Both the position numbers and the translations under genes were made by a program. Under the pieces are notes generated by a model. The model saw only the letters and a list, made by a program, of their open reading frames with translations. It did no database searches and was not told the DNA's origin. Below, piece after piece: positions 51,026 through 59,212 of a stretch of DNA of 64,000 nt; the first letter of the stretch is position 1, and each line of letters begins with the position of its first letter. Source of the DNA: Verrucomicrobiales bacterium (GTDB lineage: Bacteria > Verrucomicrobiota > Verrucomicrobiia > Verrucomicrobiales > V1-33); NCBI GenBank assembly GCA_031411295.1, contig JANOAV010000033.1, positions 22,246-86,245 on the forward strand. The letters are read 5' to 3'.

Positions 51026-52069
51026 TTAGCGATTTTGAGGAAGTTCAATTTGGATACTAGGGTCAAACTCCGTTGACCTGCTACCTGAAGGATTGTATAG
51101 GCTCGCTACAATTCCCCAGGGTCGCGTCGGACTCGACTGTAAGTCTAATTCCAGCCTAGCAAAAGTTCCGTCTTTGAATCTTACAAAAAAATCCCCCAGA
51201 ATACCCCGCTTTTGCTTTGTGTCATCCATGGAGCTGTCAAAGGTTTGTTCGATTTTTGCTTGGTAACCATCCAACGGAGCCATAAATGAAGCCGGATTAC
51301 TAGAATCTGGTTTTGCGGTGGACACGATCTCTCCATTTTTCACCGAAATTTCTACGCCCCAATCATGAACTGGCCATCCGTTAATATGCATCCGTTTCAC
51401 TGCGGTATCTAACCAGTATTTTATATAAATCTGATGATTTTCGGTTGTGCCGATAAGGTATGTCTGTGTATCTTGGAGCACGCCAGATCTACGCCTCTCT
51501 AGCAAAGGCTCTCTACTACCCATTTTCCGCAGTGTGAGAATTACAGGGTTTTCCGAGGAGCTTTGTGTTTTAGGTAATGCCCTTTTCCTTAGGTTTTCAG
51601 GCATAGACAATGGCAGGTCGGTAAAAGAATATCCACCGCTACTAGCCTTGGATGTGTAGTAACCAGCAGCCGATGCACTAACGCTAAGGCTGGCGGCGTT
51701 CGCCTCACGCAGAAAAAAACGTCCATCAGCGTCTGAGCGAATGACAATTCGTCTTAAACTATTGATCCACGGGTCGTTATTCGGTTTGCACACAATTTCC
51801 GCATTCGGGACTGGATGCCCAAATTCATCAACCACTTTTCCATGTAGCACTGCTACGGTTGCTTCCTGTATGCTTTTCTCCTCAGGTGTGGGCTCCCACG
51901 TCTCAAGTTCTGTCTGCTTTTTTCTTTCTGTTGCTGCGACAGATGGCGGTGCTGGCTCTTTGGTCTGAGCGGTGTTGCGTGGAGCCACGACCTCAGAGTT
52001 GGAGCACTGCCTGTAACTTGCGACCAGGAGCGCAGTCGCAGCCAAGTAGACGTATACGTTTTTCTTCAT
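51026..52069 (-). CDS. Membrane-anchored protein with a carboxypeptidase-regulatory-like beta domain; putative immunity paralog 2
   Basis: HGKVVDE.G.PV..AEI, NPVI..L.K.G, F.RF.DGTFAR and SLYNPSGSR motifs, shared with 52161-53156. Confidence 0.7.
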   Translation of the reverse strand: MKKNVYVYLAATALLVASYRQCSNSEVVAPRNTAQTKEPAPPSVAATERKKQTELETWEPTPEEKSIQEATVAVLHGKVVDEFGHPVPNAEIVCKPNNDPWINSLRRIVIRSDADGRFFLREANAASLSVSASAAGYYTSKASSGGYSFTDLPLSMPENLRKRALPKTQSSSENPVILTLRKMGSREPLLERRRSGVLQDTQTYLIGTTENHQIYIKYWLDTAVKRMHINGWPVHDWGVEISVKNGEIVSTAKPDSSNPASFMAPLDGYQAKIEQTFDSSMDDTKQKRGILGDFFVRFKDGTFARLELDLQSSPTRPWGIVASLYNPSGSRSTEFDPSIQIELPQNR

Positions 52070-52160
52070 GGTTTTGCCGTGTATCCAAGGTTATCAAGAA
52101 GAATGCCGTAAAACTCCCTATTTCCGATGCCACCATTGAGGAAACTGATGAACTTTGATG

Positions 52161-53156
52161 TTATTTTAACTCGCTTACTTTTCTCTCATCGTAGAGTAAA
52201 TTTCTAGATCCCGTTGGGTTGTAAAGCGATTCGATTCTGATCCCCTCCCAATCTCCGTCGATCGAGGCGCGCGCGTAGGTGTTATCAGCAAAACGAAAGA
52301 ATAGCTCCTTTTTGATGAACCAAGGTTTCCAATCGGCCTTTGTTTTCGGGAAGTCGAGGAGCAGTTCTTCTTCAAATCCGCTCGCCGGGGCTTCGATGGC
52401 ATCGTAATCACTCGTGTAGGGATTCCTTTCTAACGTGATTATTTGAAGCCCTCCACCCGGAACCCTAAGTTTGAGGCTCCAACTGAGAGGACCGGCAGCA
52501 TTGACGTCCCGCGGGTCCTTCTCGCTCACGAGTCGGCACTCAACCGCATGATCCGTCGGTTCAGCAAGGGGAAGGCGAGCAAGGTAGCTTAGCGGGTAGT
52601 AACGGGGGCTGCCGTCTCGTGGTAGTGGCCCTCCCTGTGTGCCAGAGATTAAAGTGTCCGCGGGTCCTATCTTTTTAATCTGGAATATTACCGGATTTGC
52701 TCTGTTCGGGACGTGTTTTATCGGCACAGGTTTACCCACGGCCCGATGGGCCTCCTTAAGCCGCTCTGAATAGTCAGCAAAGGAAAAACTTTGGCTGGAT
52801 GTTCTCGTCTGGTGGTAACCGGCAGGGGGATAGATCGAAAAACTCATGTTCATGTGTTTTTTGCCCGTTAACTCAAACAGGCCATCTGGGGCACTTGATT
52901 TTAAAACCAACCCGTCTATGGACCGCATTAACGGCCACGAGCATTGTATTTCCACATCCACCACAGGTGTATGGTTTTCATCAACTACTTGGCCGTAGAA
53001 CTCGATAGGTGACTCGATCATTTCCTTAACCTCCTCCGGAGTGGGCGTTAATTGCTTCCTGGAAAATTGTCTTGCATCAGCCATATATCGGAAGGAAATC
53101 CAAACGACGATTAGTAGCAGTAGAAAAGTAACGGATAAGAACGCTGTCTTTTTCAT
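52161..53156 (-). CDS. Membrane-anchored protein; putative immunity paralog 1
   Basis: YGQVVDE...PV..VEI, NPVIF.I.KIG, FFRFADNTYAR and SLYNPTGSR motifs; starts 13 bp after the large hydrolase gene ends. Confidence 0.7.
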   Translation of the reverse strand: MKKTAFLSVTFLLLLIVVWISFRYMADARQFSRKQLTPTPEEVKEMIESPIEFYGQVVDENHTPVVDVEIQCSWPLMRSIDGLVLKSSAPDGLFELTGKKHMNMSFSIYPPAGYHQTRTSSQSFSFADYSERLKEAHRAVGKPVPIKHVPNRANPVIFQIKKIGPADTLISGTQGGPLPRDGSPRYYPLSYLARLPLAEPTDHAVECRLVSEKDPRDVNAAGPLSWSLKLRVPGGGLQIITLERNPYTSDYDAIEAPASGFEEELLLDFPKTKADWKPWFIKKELFFRFADNTYARASIDGDWEGIRIESLYNPTGSRNLLYDERKVSELK

Positions 53157-53169
53157 TGGTAAAAATTCG

Positions 53170-56100
53170 TTAAGGTTTTGCTTTTACTCTCAGATCGAGC
53201 GCTTCGCAAAGTTTTTCGTAGAACACCCATGTCCTGCTACTACGGAACTTGAACGGTGCCTCATGCGCCTTAAGAAAAGCAAGTCCGGCACCATTCAAAT
53301 TCACGTTGGCAGTTATACGGCCCGCTACAATGTTTGCGCCTGCAGCTTGCGTTGAGGAACTGTTGATCATAGACATAGCCTCGTGCAGATCAGTCACCAA
53401 CCGCTTTGTTCCAAATACGGGATCCCACTCTAACGCGGTTCCTACTTCGTAATCGTAACCACCAACCGGTTTGCCAGCTTGATTACTCTCCCAACTTAAC
53501 GCTCCAGTAAGCGCTTCGTCTGCGGGCAGGTAGAAATTCGTAATTTTTGCGTAGGGCGTTGGCGCTACATTTTCAAGCCGCGCCCTTCCCAAAACGGGGG
53601 CATCTCCACGGTAAGAAAGCGCTCTCACTGTTGGATGGGCATCGTCTGTAAAATCTGGACTGGCACCTGGCAGTCGTGCTGCCGTCTTGTCGTAGCAATG
53701 CGCTGGAATGGCCGCATTTAGCATGGCATAGTGGCTCACATTCATCCCTTTCTCCAAAGCGGAGGCCACAACAACATTGCCGAGGCTGTGGGCGAAGATC
53801 TTCCGCTTGTAGCTTGCCGGCAGTCCGTTCACCATTGTTTTTAGCGCCTGACCACACTTCCAAGCACGGAATTCGCTTTGGTTATACTTGGATTGAACTG
53901 CGCTTTGAGACTCATCATAGAAGCCATTTCCATCACCCACAGTTACATCGTAGGTGGGCCATTGAAAACCGATGTAACGACCCTTGAAGCCTCGGTGCCA
54001 AAGACGCTTGAACATTGTGATTTCGTCGGACCTAGCTTTGTAATACCCCTTACGCCAACCGTGAACACAGATTGCGTATTGCTTATCCTGCATGTTTTCG
54101 TCCCAAGCCGACTCATAGGGATATCCAAAATCGTCCTTTATCGGACTCACACCCGACACGGTTGCTACGGCGTCCTTGTCTGGGTCTTCTATCACCGCTG
54201 AGCCGTCAACCTTCCATCGCTCATACATCTTGCGAACATCCAGCAGATCCAGGAACAGTGAGCCTCCCGCTCCGACGACGTTCCCGCCTTGGCTAATGAT
54301 CATCGTCAGCTCCCCTTTGCCCTCGGTAACTCCTTCAAATAGAAAGCATTTGGTAGGATGGGCGGCAGTCTGGGTCCAGAAGGATACTGGTAAATAAAGC
54401 ACAGTCGTTCCTTCAACGACTCCGATGGCATCATTGCCGACAGACACTTGGTCTGCGGCTTTGGTGGTATCACTTAGATACTTGGTGCCTCCGTCCGCCT
54501 CCGCAGCTTTGAATAGTCGCAACTTAGGGGTCCCTGATTGGATGGTTCCCCACTTCAAGCCGAGCGTCATGGTTCCGGCTTCAAAAGCAGTTCGCAAATC
54601 TCCTACGTTTAGGTGAATCCGGGCGAAGTCGTCCAAGTCCCGCTCTGGCTCGATTTTTTCATTGGCATTATCAAGCGCTTTGGTCGTCCACGGATGGTCG
54701 TCTGCGGCGTCGTAAGTATCCGCCGTTCCGTAATTGTCGTGGTCATTGTTCAGCCAAAAGCGGTAAGGTTTTGCTACTGAAGTCTGATCTGCGCCTGAAC
54801 TCAGGGTGATGGTTCCATCCCGGTTATTATCCACCGCCAACTCTGCCGCCCGCAGGAGCACGGTATTGTGATGGTAATCTCCGTTGTAGTAACTACTCGA
54901 AGCAAACGCGATCATTCCCTGGTTACTGAGGAAGCCTCGCTCAACTCCTGCTATCTTGATTCCGGGATGATTCGAGGGTTTGCCATAGTCTGCGAGAAGC
55001 GCCAGATCGATGTCGTGATTATTGCGCCAGAGCTTGGTGCCCAAAAGAATTTCTCCGCGGTCGGTTACCTTATCCAGGCCATTCCCAAGATTGACTTCCT
55101 GGAGATGCGCATCACGCAGCGGTTGCCAGCCTGCCGCGCTGTCACTTGTGAGTGTAGCAAGGCCATTGGTAGTTTTAAAAAGTGGCCCTTGGCGGTAGGG
55201 CAGACCGCTGCCTGCCGCGGGCGTGGTCTCGCGGTTCCAGCTGTTTACGGAGCGGGCTTCCGGAGGAGCGTGGTAGAAAATCTGGGTTTGAAAAGGGGCT
55301 TCGGCAACCCCTTGATACCACTTTATGGATCGACGATCCTCATACTCGGTGGGGTGATCACTAAGAAAATCTTCCTCATCTGGGATATTATGCCACCATT
55401 CGTGTTGGACGCGCACACGGCCGTTTGATGAAGGCATACTCACCGAGGTGTCCGCATAATCTCCTGCAGTAGTTTCCCAAGTAATGCCGGGAACCTCAAA
55501 ATCGTGGTTCACCGTAGAGAAGATCGAATCTGGATAGGTGGGCCCCGTTCCCAGGCTTCCGCCGTGAAGGCTTCCCAGACTTTGCCCTACATAATCCCAA
55601 GACTCCTCGATGCGGTCTCCACTGATCTCCGTAAGCGCACTAGAACGAGCACTTGAGCGCAGGAGCGCATTCCCGTAATTATCGTAGCTCTGTAGGTAGT
55701 TCTCCACGGGAAACCAGTGCTTCCCGGTTTCTGTGATCGTAGCGGGATCTTCGTCCGCCGCGCTGCCGGTCTCTACCAGTGATCCAGCGGTTGGGGCCGC
55801 CCAGTCGGTGGATTTTTTCCAAATGTAATAACGGCTTGCGTAGGCGCTGTGCGGAAAAGAATTCGGGGCAACCTCCCATCCTGCTACTTTGAAAATCAGA
55901 CTTCCCCCAGCAAAATTGCTGGCGCGGCTGGAATGCGGAAAAATGGCGGCCACTTTGCCATCCAAAACAATACTGGGCATGGGCGCTTTGAATTCTCCAT
56001 CATCATAAACCAGTAATTTGTGCTCCGCTGGGGTTCCGTCGGGTGGCGGGTTCAGACTCGGGCCCACTGGAACGTAATCGAAGAAAAGCTGCCCCAGATC

Positions 56101-57243
56101 ATTCATCGCCACGAGTTCGGGCATAGAATTATCCCAGTTTTTGGGCATCTTAGCGGAACCGCTCCCGGTCAGTTGGTCCAACCAAATTGCGATGTAGGAG
56201 TTTTCGAGGGACTTGGCGTAGGTGAAATTTGGGTCATTGGCAATCGCTTCGAGGTCGTCCAGAACGCCGTCACCATCCAAATCTGTCGGACTCGGAGTAA
56301 TTCCAGTTGCAGAATTCGAGGCCATTATGCCAGGAGCCGTGGAAAGTGTTTGAATCTCGCCTAAAGTTAAATTGGTGATAGAGTCCACCGTATTCTGTGA
56401 GGCCGCATTCGGGTCAGCCCCATCCAAGAACGCCCCGTAGCCCCGTTGAGACTCGAACCAGTCGTAAAGCCCATTGCCATTGGTATCTATTTGCCGACAG
56501 GTGACGCGGTAGAAGTAGCGGGCGTCTGGGACTGGTGTGGAAGGAGGTTCCGGTGGCTGGGCGACGGTGGCATGGGATTGGGTTAGTGCGCCGAGGATTT
56601 CCGCCTGGTGGGCGAAGAGAAGATCCCGCTCCTGCTGTTGTTCGGGGGTGAAGGTAGTGGTGAGCGGAATCGCGTTCAGCGTGGCCATGGGCATCCCCAC
56701 GGTGGTGATGAGAAGCAGGTATTTTGCCGTGGCATCCTCAATGGTTAAGCCTGCAATCGGGGAAGCACCTTTGGGAATGGTGAAGGGGATCGGAGCGGCC
56801 CAACTGTCGACGAGACCGGAAGCGGGACGTTTCAAGACGGTCTGGTAATTACCGATCTCGCTAGCGTAGCAAATCGTCAAGGTGTGGAGAATGATCGTGG
56901 GCTTCGTCGGGGGCGGGGCGGGCGGAGCGTTGGGATCGGGAATGACTGGCGGAGGCGGTGGGTCCAGCACGTAGAACTCACGCGGATTGCCGTCCCCGTA
57001 GAACAAGCCTCCGCTCACGGCCTCGAAGGTCACTAAATCCGTGCTACGTTCGACCGCAAAATGCATACCTCTATAGGTCGGAAATTGGAGCCACTTCGAG
57101 CCGTCGGCGTGCTGCGAGAAGCTGGCTTCAAATGGGATTTGCTCTGTCTGCGCTGCGCTCTGGCTGTCAAATAGCATCAGGCTGAGCAGCAAAATCAAGG
57201 CGTGTGCCGTGGAACGCAATTTCAGGGAGGGGTTGTCTTTCAT
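53170..57243 (-). CDS. Large secreted multidomain protein with a C-terminal alpha/beta hydrolase (DUF900-like)
   Basis: Signal peptide; Ca-binding-like DxDGDG motifs; AVDNNRDG...RFWLNND...DLDDFARI domain; C-terminal VHGW, FQWPT, AHSLGN, DEAL and AH motifs. Confidence 0.75.
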   Translation of the reverse strand: MKDNPSLKLRSTAHALILLLSLMLFDSQSAAQTEQIPFEASFSQHADGSKWLQFPTYRGMHFAVERSTDLVTFEAVSGGLFYGDGNPREFYVLDPPPPPVIPDPNAPPAPPPTKPTIILHTLTICYASEIGNYQTVLKRPASGLVDSWAAPIPFTIPKGASPIAGLTIEDATAKYLLLITTVGMPMATLNAIPLTTTFTPEQQQERDLLFAHQAEILGALTQSHATVAQPPEPPSTPVPDARYFYRVTCRQIDTNGNGLYDWFESQRGYGAFLDGADPNAASQNTVDSITNLTLGEIQTLSTAPGIMASNSATGITPSPTDLDGDGVLDDLEAIANDPNFTYAKSLENSYIAIWLDQLTGSGSAKMPKNWDNSMPELVAMNDLGQLFFDYVPVGPSLNPPPDGTPAEHKLLVYDDGEFKAPMPSIVLDGKVAAIFPHSSRASNFAGGSLIFKVAGWEVAPNSFPHSAYASRYYIWKKSTDWAAPTAGSLVETGSAADEDPATITETGKHWFPVENYLQSYDNYGNALLRSSARSSALTEISGDRIEESWDYVGQSLGSLHGGSLGTGPTYPDSIFSTVNHDFEVPGITWETTAGDYADTSVSMPSSNGRVRVQHEWWHNIPDEEDFLSDHPTEYEDRRSIKWYQGVAEAPFQTQIFYHAPPEARSVNSWNRETTPAAGSGLPYRQGPLFKTTNGLATLTSDSAAGWQPLRDAHLQEVNLGNGLDKVTDRGEILLGTKLWRNNHDIDLALLADYGKPSNHPGIKIAGVERGFLSNQGMIAFASSSYYNGDYHHNTVLLRAAELAVDNNRDGTITLSSGADQTSVAKPYRFWLNNDHDNYGTADTYDAADDHPWTTKALDNANEKIEPERDLDDFARIHLNVGDLRTAFEAGTMTLGLKWGTIQSGTPKLRLFKAAEADGGTKYLSDTTKAADQVSVGNDAIGVVEGTTVLYLPVSFWTQTAAHPTKCFLFEGVTEGKGELTMIISQGGNVVGAGGSLFLDLLDVRKMYERWKVDGSAVIEDPDKDAVATVSGVSPIKDDFGYPYESAWDENMQDKQYAICVHGWRKGYYKARSDEITMFKRLWHRGFKGRYIGFQWPTYDVTVGDGNGFYDESQSAVQSKYNQSEFRAWKCGQALKTMVNGLPASYKRKIFAHSLGNVVVASALEKGMNVSHYAMLNAAIPAHCYDKTAARLPGASPDFTDDAHPTVRALSYRGDAPVLGRARLENVAPTPYAKITNFYLPADEALTGALSWESNQAGKPVGGYDYEVGTALEWDPVFGTKRLVTDLHEAMSMINSSSTQAAGANIVAGRITANVNLNGAGLAFLKAHEAPFKFRSSRTWVFYEKLCEALDLRVKAKP

Positions 57244-57269
57244 GGGTTTGAAATGTGGAATTGCTTCAG

Positions 57270-57413
57270 AAAAAGTGGGGGCGCGAACTTGTCACGCCCA
57301 CCCAGAGGCACCGCGAAGAGCCCACACAAGAGACGCGCCAAGCCGCGCCCGATGGGGCGCGGTTCGGTTTGTTTCTTGTGCTGGCCGTGAAAATTCGCGG
57401 TTCTCTGGGTGGC
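57270..57413 (-). promoter_or_regulatory. Structured 5' leader with a long stem-loop overlapping a terminator-like hairpin
   Basis: CCACCCAGAG/CTCTGGGTGG, ACCGCGAA/TTCGCGGT, CACAAGA/TCTTGTG and CCGCGCCC/GGGCGCGG stems. GTGGGCGTGA-CAAGT-TCGCGCCCCCAC-TTTTT ends 26 nt before the ATG. Confidence 0.6.
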
Positions 57414-57474
57414 CAACTGCCGAAGCAGCAAAAGTAAAGATGATAAAAGAACGAGTGTTTGGATTGAGGGGCGA

Positions 57475-57503
57475 CGTTTACCACCCTGTCAGGCTGCAAG
57501 CAA
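57475..57503 (-). promoter_or_regulatory. Putative sigma70 promoter TTGCTT-17-TAAACG (TGn extended -10)
   Basis: Minus strand reads TTGCTT gcagcctgacagggtgg TAAACG, upstream of the structured leader. Confidence 0.4.
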
Positions 57504-57768
57504 GACATTTATTAGTTATCGGAGTTAATCCGCCCGCAGACGACGCTGCATCGGCTTATCTTCAAAGAATGCCCTCTTTATCTTGAGCGTCCAACAATCA
57601 AGTTTTTTGGAGAAAAAGTCTTGTCAACCCCACCAGTTTCTGAAATTCTTCGCAGCGTTAGAAAAATAATCGTTCTCGGGAGGCTGTCGGCAGATGGTTT
57701 AACACAAGATAGAGGCAGACGGCTAACTGGGGTCTTAATAACTGTAGATCAAACCCAAAACAAGCACT

Positions 57769-58794
57769 ATGCCTATCACCGGCCCTTCGTCGTATCTGCC
57801 CACTATGGATCAATTCATCGCGCACTGGACGGCGGTGAATGGCACGTTTGCTGTAGGGGGATCTCCTCCGCCGGGTGGTTTCCCGACCTTGATTCTGGAC
57901 GGGGGGCGTGCGCTGTCGAACCTGTCCTCTCTGCGCCTTTCTCTTTCCACCCAGCGCACGGATGTGGAGATCAAACTGAACAATCTGGAGTTCGCCCGGG
58001 CGGATGCGGCCATCAAACGCACGTTATTGCAGGGTCGGCTGGGGCAACTCTTCGCCAACATCCGCTCCTTCTGGGCGGGCACGGCCCTGGCCGCCCTGGT
58101 GCCAGACCTGCCCAGCGCCACCGGAGCACCGCAGGACTTCGAAAAGACGCTGGACGATGCGGTGGACATCTGGAGCCGCGCCAATTCCAATCCCGCGCCC
58201 GCCGGAGTCACCCTGCCCCTAACGCTGCCAACCGAACCCACCATAGTGAATCCCGCGCCTGCTGCCTACACGCAGTCCACCCTGGTCTCCGATACCGCCG
58301 CTATGAAGACGGCCTTTACCGCCATCAAAACCGCTGAGTTAGCGCTAGCCGGTAGCAGATCCTCCCGGAACACGATCCAAGATCAAGTGCGTCCATTCCT
58401 GGTGGATTATCGCGAATCCGTGCCGGCCAAACTGCCACCGAATCATTTCCTGACCGATACCATTCCCCGCTACTCCCCCCTGCCCGGTGCCACCCCGGAA
58501 CCCGCCAACGCCACCGGAAGCTGGGACGTGCCCGCCAGCAAGGCGTTCATCGATTTCACCCCCAGCCCCAGCGCCTCCGTGGTGCGCCACGAACTCCGCT
58601 ACACCCCCGGCCCAGAATACGATGCCGAGGACGAAAGCATCGACTCCTCCATCCCCGTAGGCAGCGCGTCCCACTTCGAAACGCTCTCCGGTCTGCCCAC
58701 GCCCGGTGTCTCCGCCAGCTATCGCGTCTATGCCATCACCACCGAGGGCAACGAACGCGCCAGCGCCACGGTGACGATCATGCGGCCCGTGTAA
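57769..58794 (+). CDS. Hypothetical helical-bundle protein with a C-terminal Fn3-like domain
   Basis: N-terminal ~240 aa is homologous to 48367-49071. The C-terminal W......IDF.PS...H..RY...YRVYAIT..GNE..S..V resembles Fn3. No signal peptide. Confidence 0.72.
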   Translation: MPITGPSSYLPTMDQFIAHWTAVNGTFAVGGSPPPGGFPTLILDGGRALSNLSSLRLSLSTQRTDVEIKLNNLEFARADAAIKRTLLQGRLGQLFANIRSFWAGTALAALVPDLPSATGAPQDFEKTLDDAVDIWSRANSNPAPAGVTLPLTLPTEPTIVNPAPAAYTQSTLVSDTAAMKTAFTAIKTAELALAGSRSSRNTIQDQVRPFLVDYRESVPAKLPPNHFLTDTIPRYSPLPGATPEPANATGSWDVPASKAFIDFTPSPSASVVRHELRYTPGPEYDAEDESIDSSIPVGSASHFETLSGLPTPGVSASYRVYAITTEGNERASATVTIMRPV

Positions 58795-58824
58795 GGCCTG
58801 AGGGGAATGCAGCAAAGCAAGCCA

Positions 58825-59030
58825 CTAGTGGCGGAAATCATTCAAGGTGATGGGTTCACGCCAAACTGGAACAAGCGCACGAGTCCCGCTTTTAAGCGGC
58901 GGATCAAGCTCAGCGTCTCAGCCCGTGTCCCGGATCGCGTTGCTCCGCTTAAAAGCGGGACTCCAACTCATAGCGCAGTAGGCTCCTCCCGAGGGGGGCT
59001 CCCATCAGGTTGACTGATGCAAGCCACTAG
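58825..59030. mobile_element. Degenerate MITE-like element bounded by CTAG, containing a REP doublet
   Basis: 30-nt imperfect TIRs at 58825-58854 and 59001-59030, with 23/30 matches by eye. Confidence 0.5.
58881..58963. repeat. REPIN-like perfect 19-bp inverted pair
   Basis: GAGTCCCGCTTTTAAGCGG at 58881-58899 and CCGCTTAAAAGCGGGACTC at 58945-58963. Confidence 0.85.
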
Positions 59031-59212
59031 GATGATCGCCCCACTTGCCAAGGCCAGGCGAACCGCAAACTTAGGGTCGGTCCAACACCTCAGACGGCTG
59101 CGGTTTTGCCGGCCGGGTTCCGGCTGGGTCTCTGCAGGACTGCGAGCGCCTGCGTTTTAAGCTTGTCATGACAGGGAATCCAGCAAGACTCGGGAGAACA
59201 ATTCCTGTATCG

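Noticed and set aside
47095..59212. Prophage or ICE
   Set aside because: No integrase, structural, replication or conjugation genes are present, and there is no tRNA att site.
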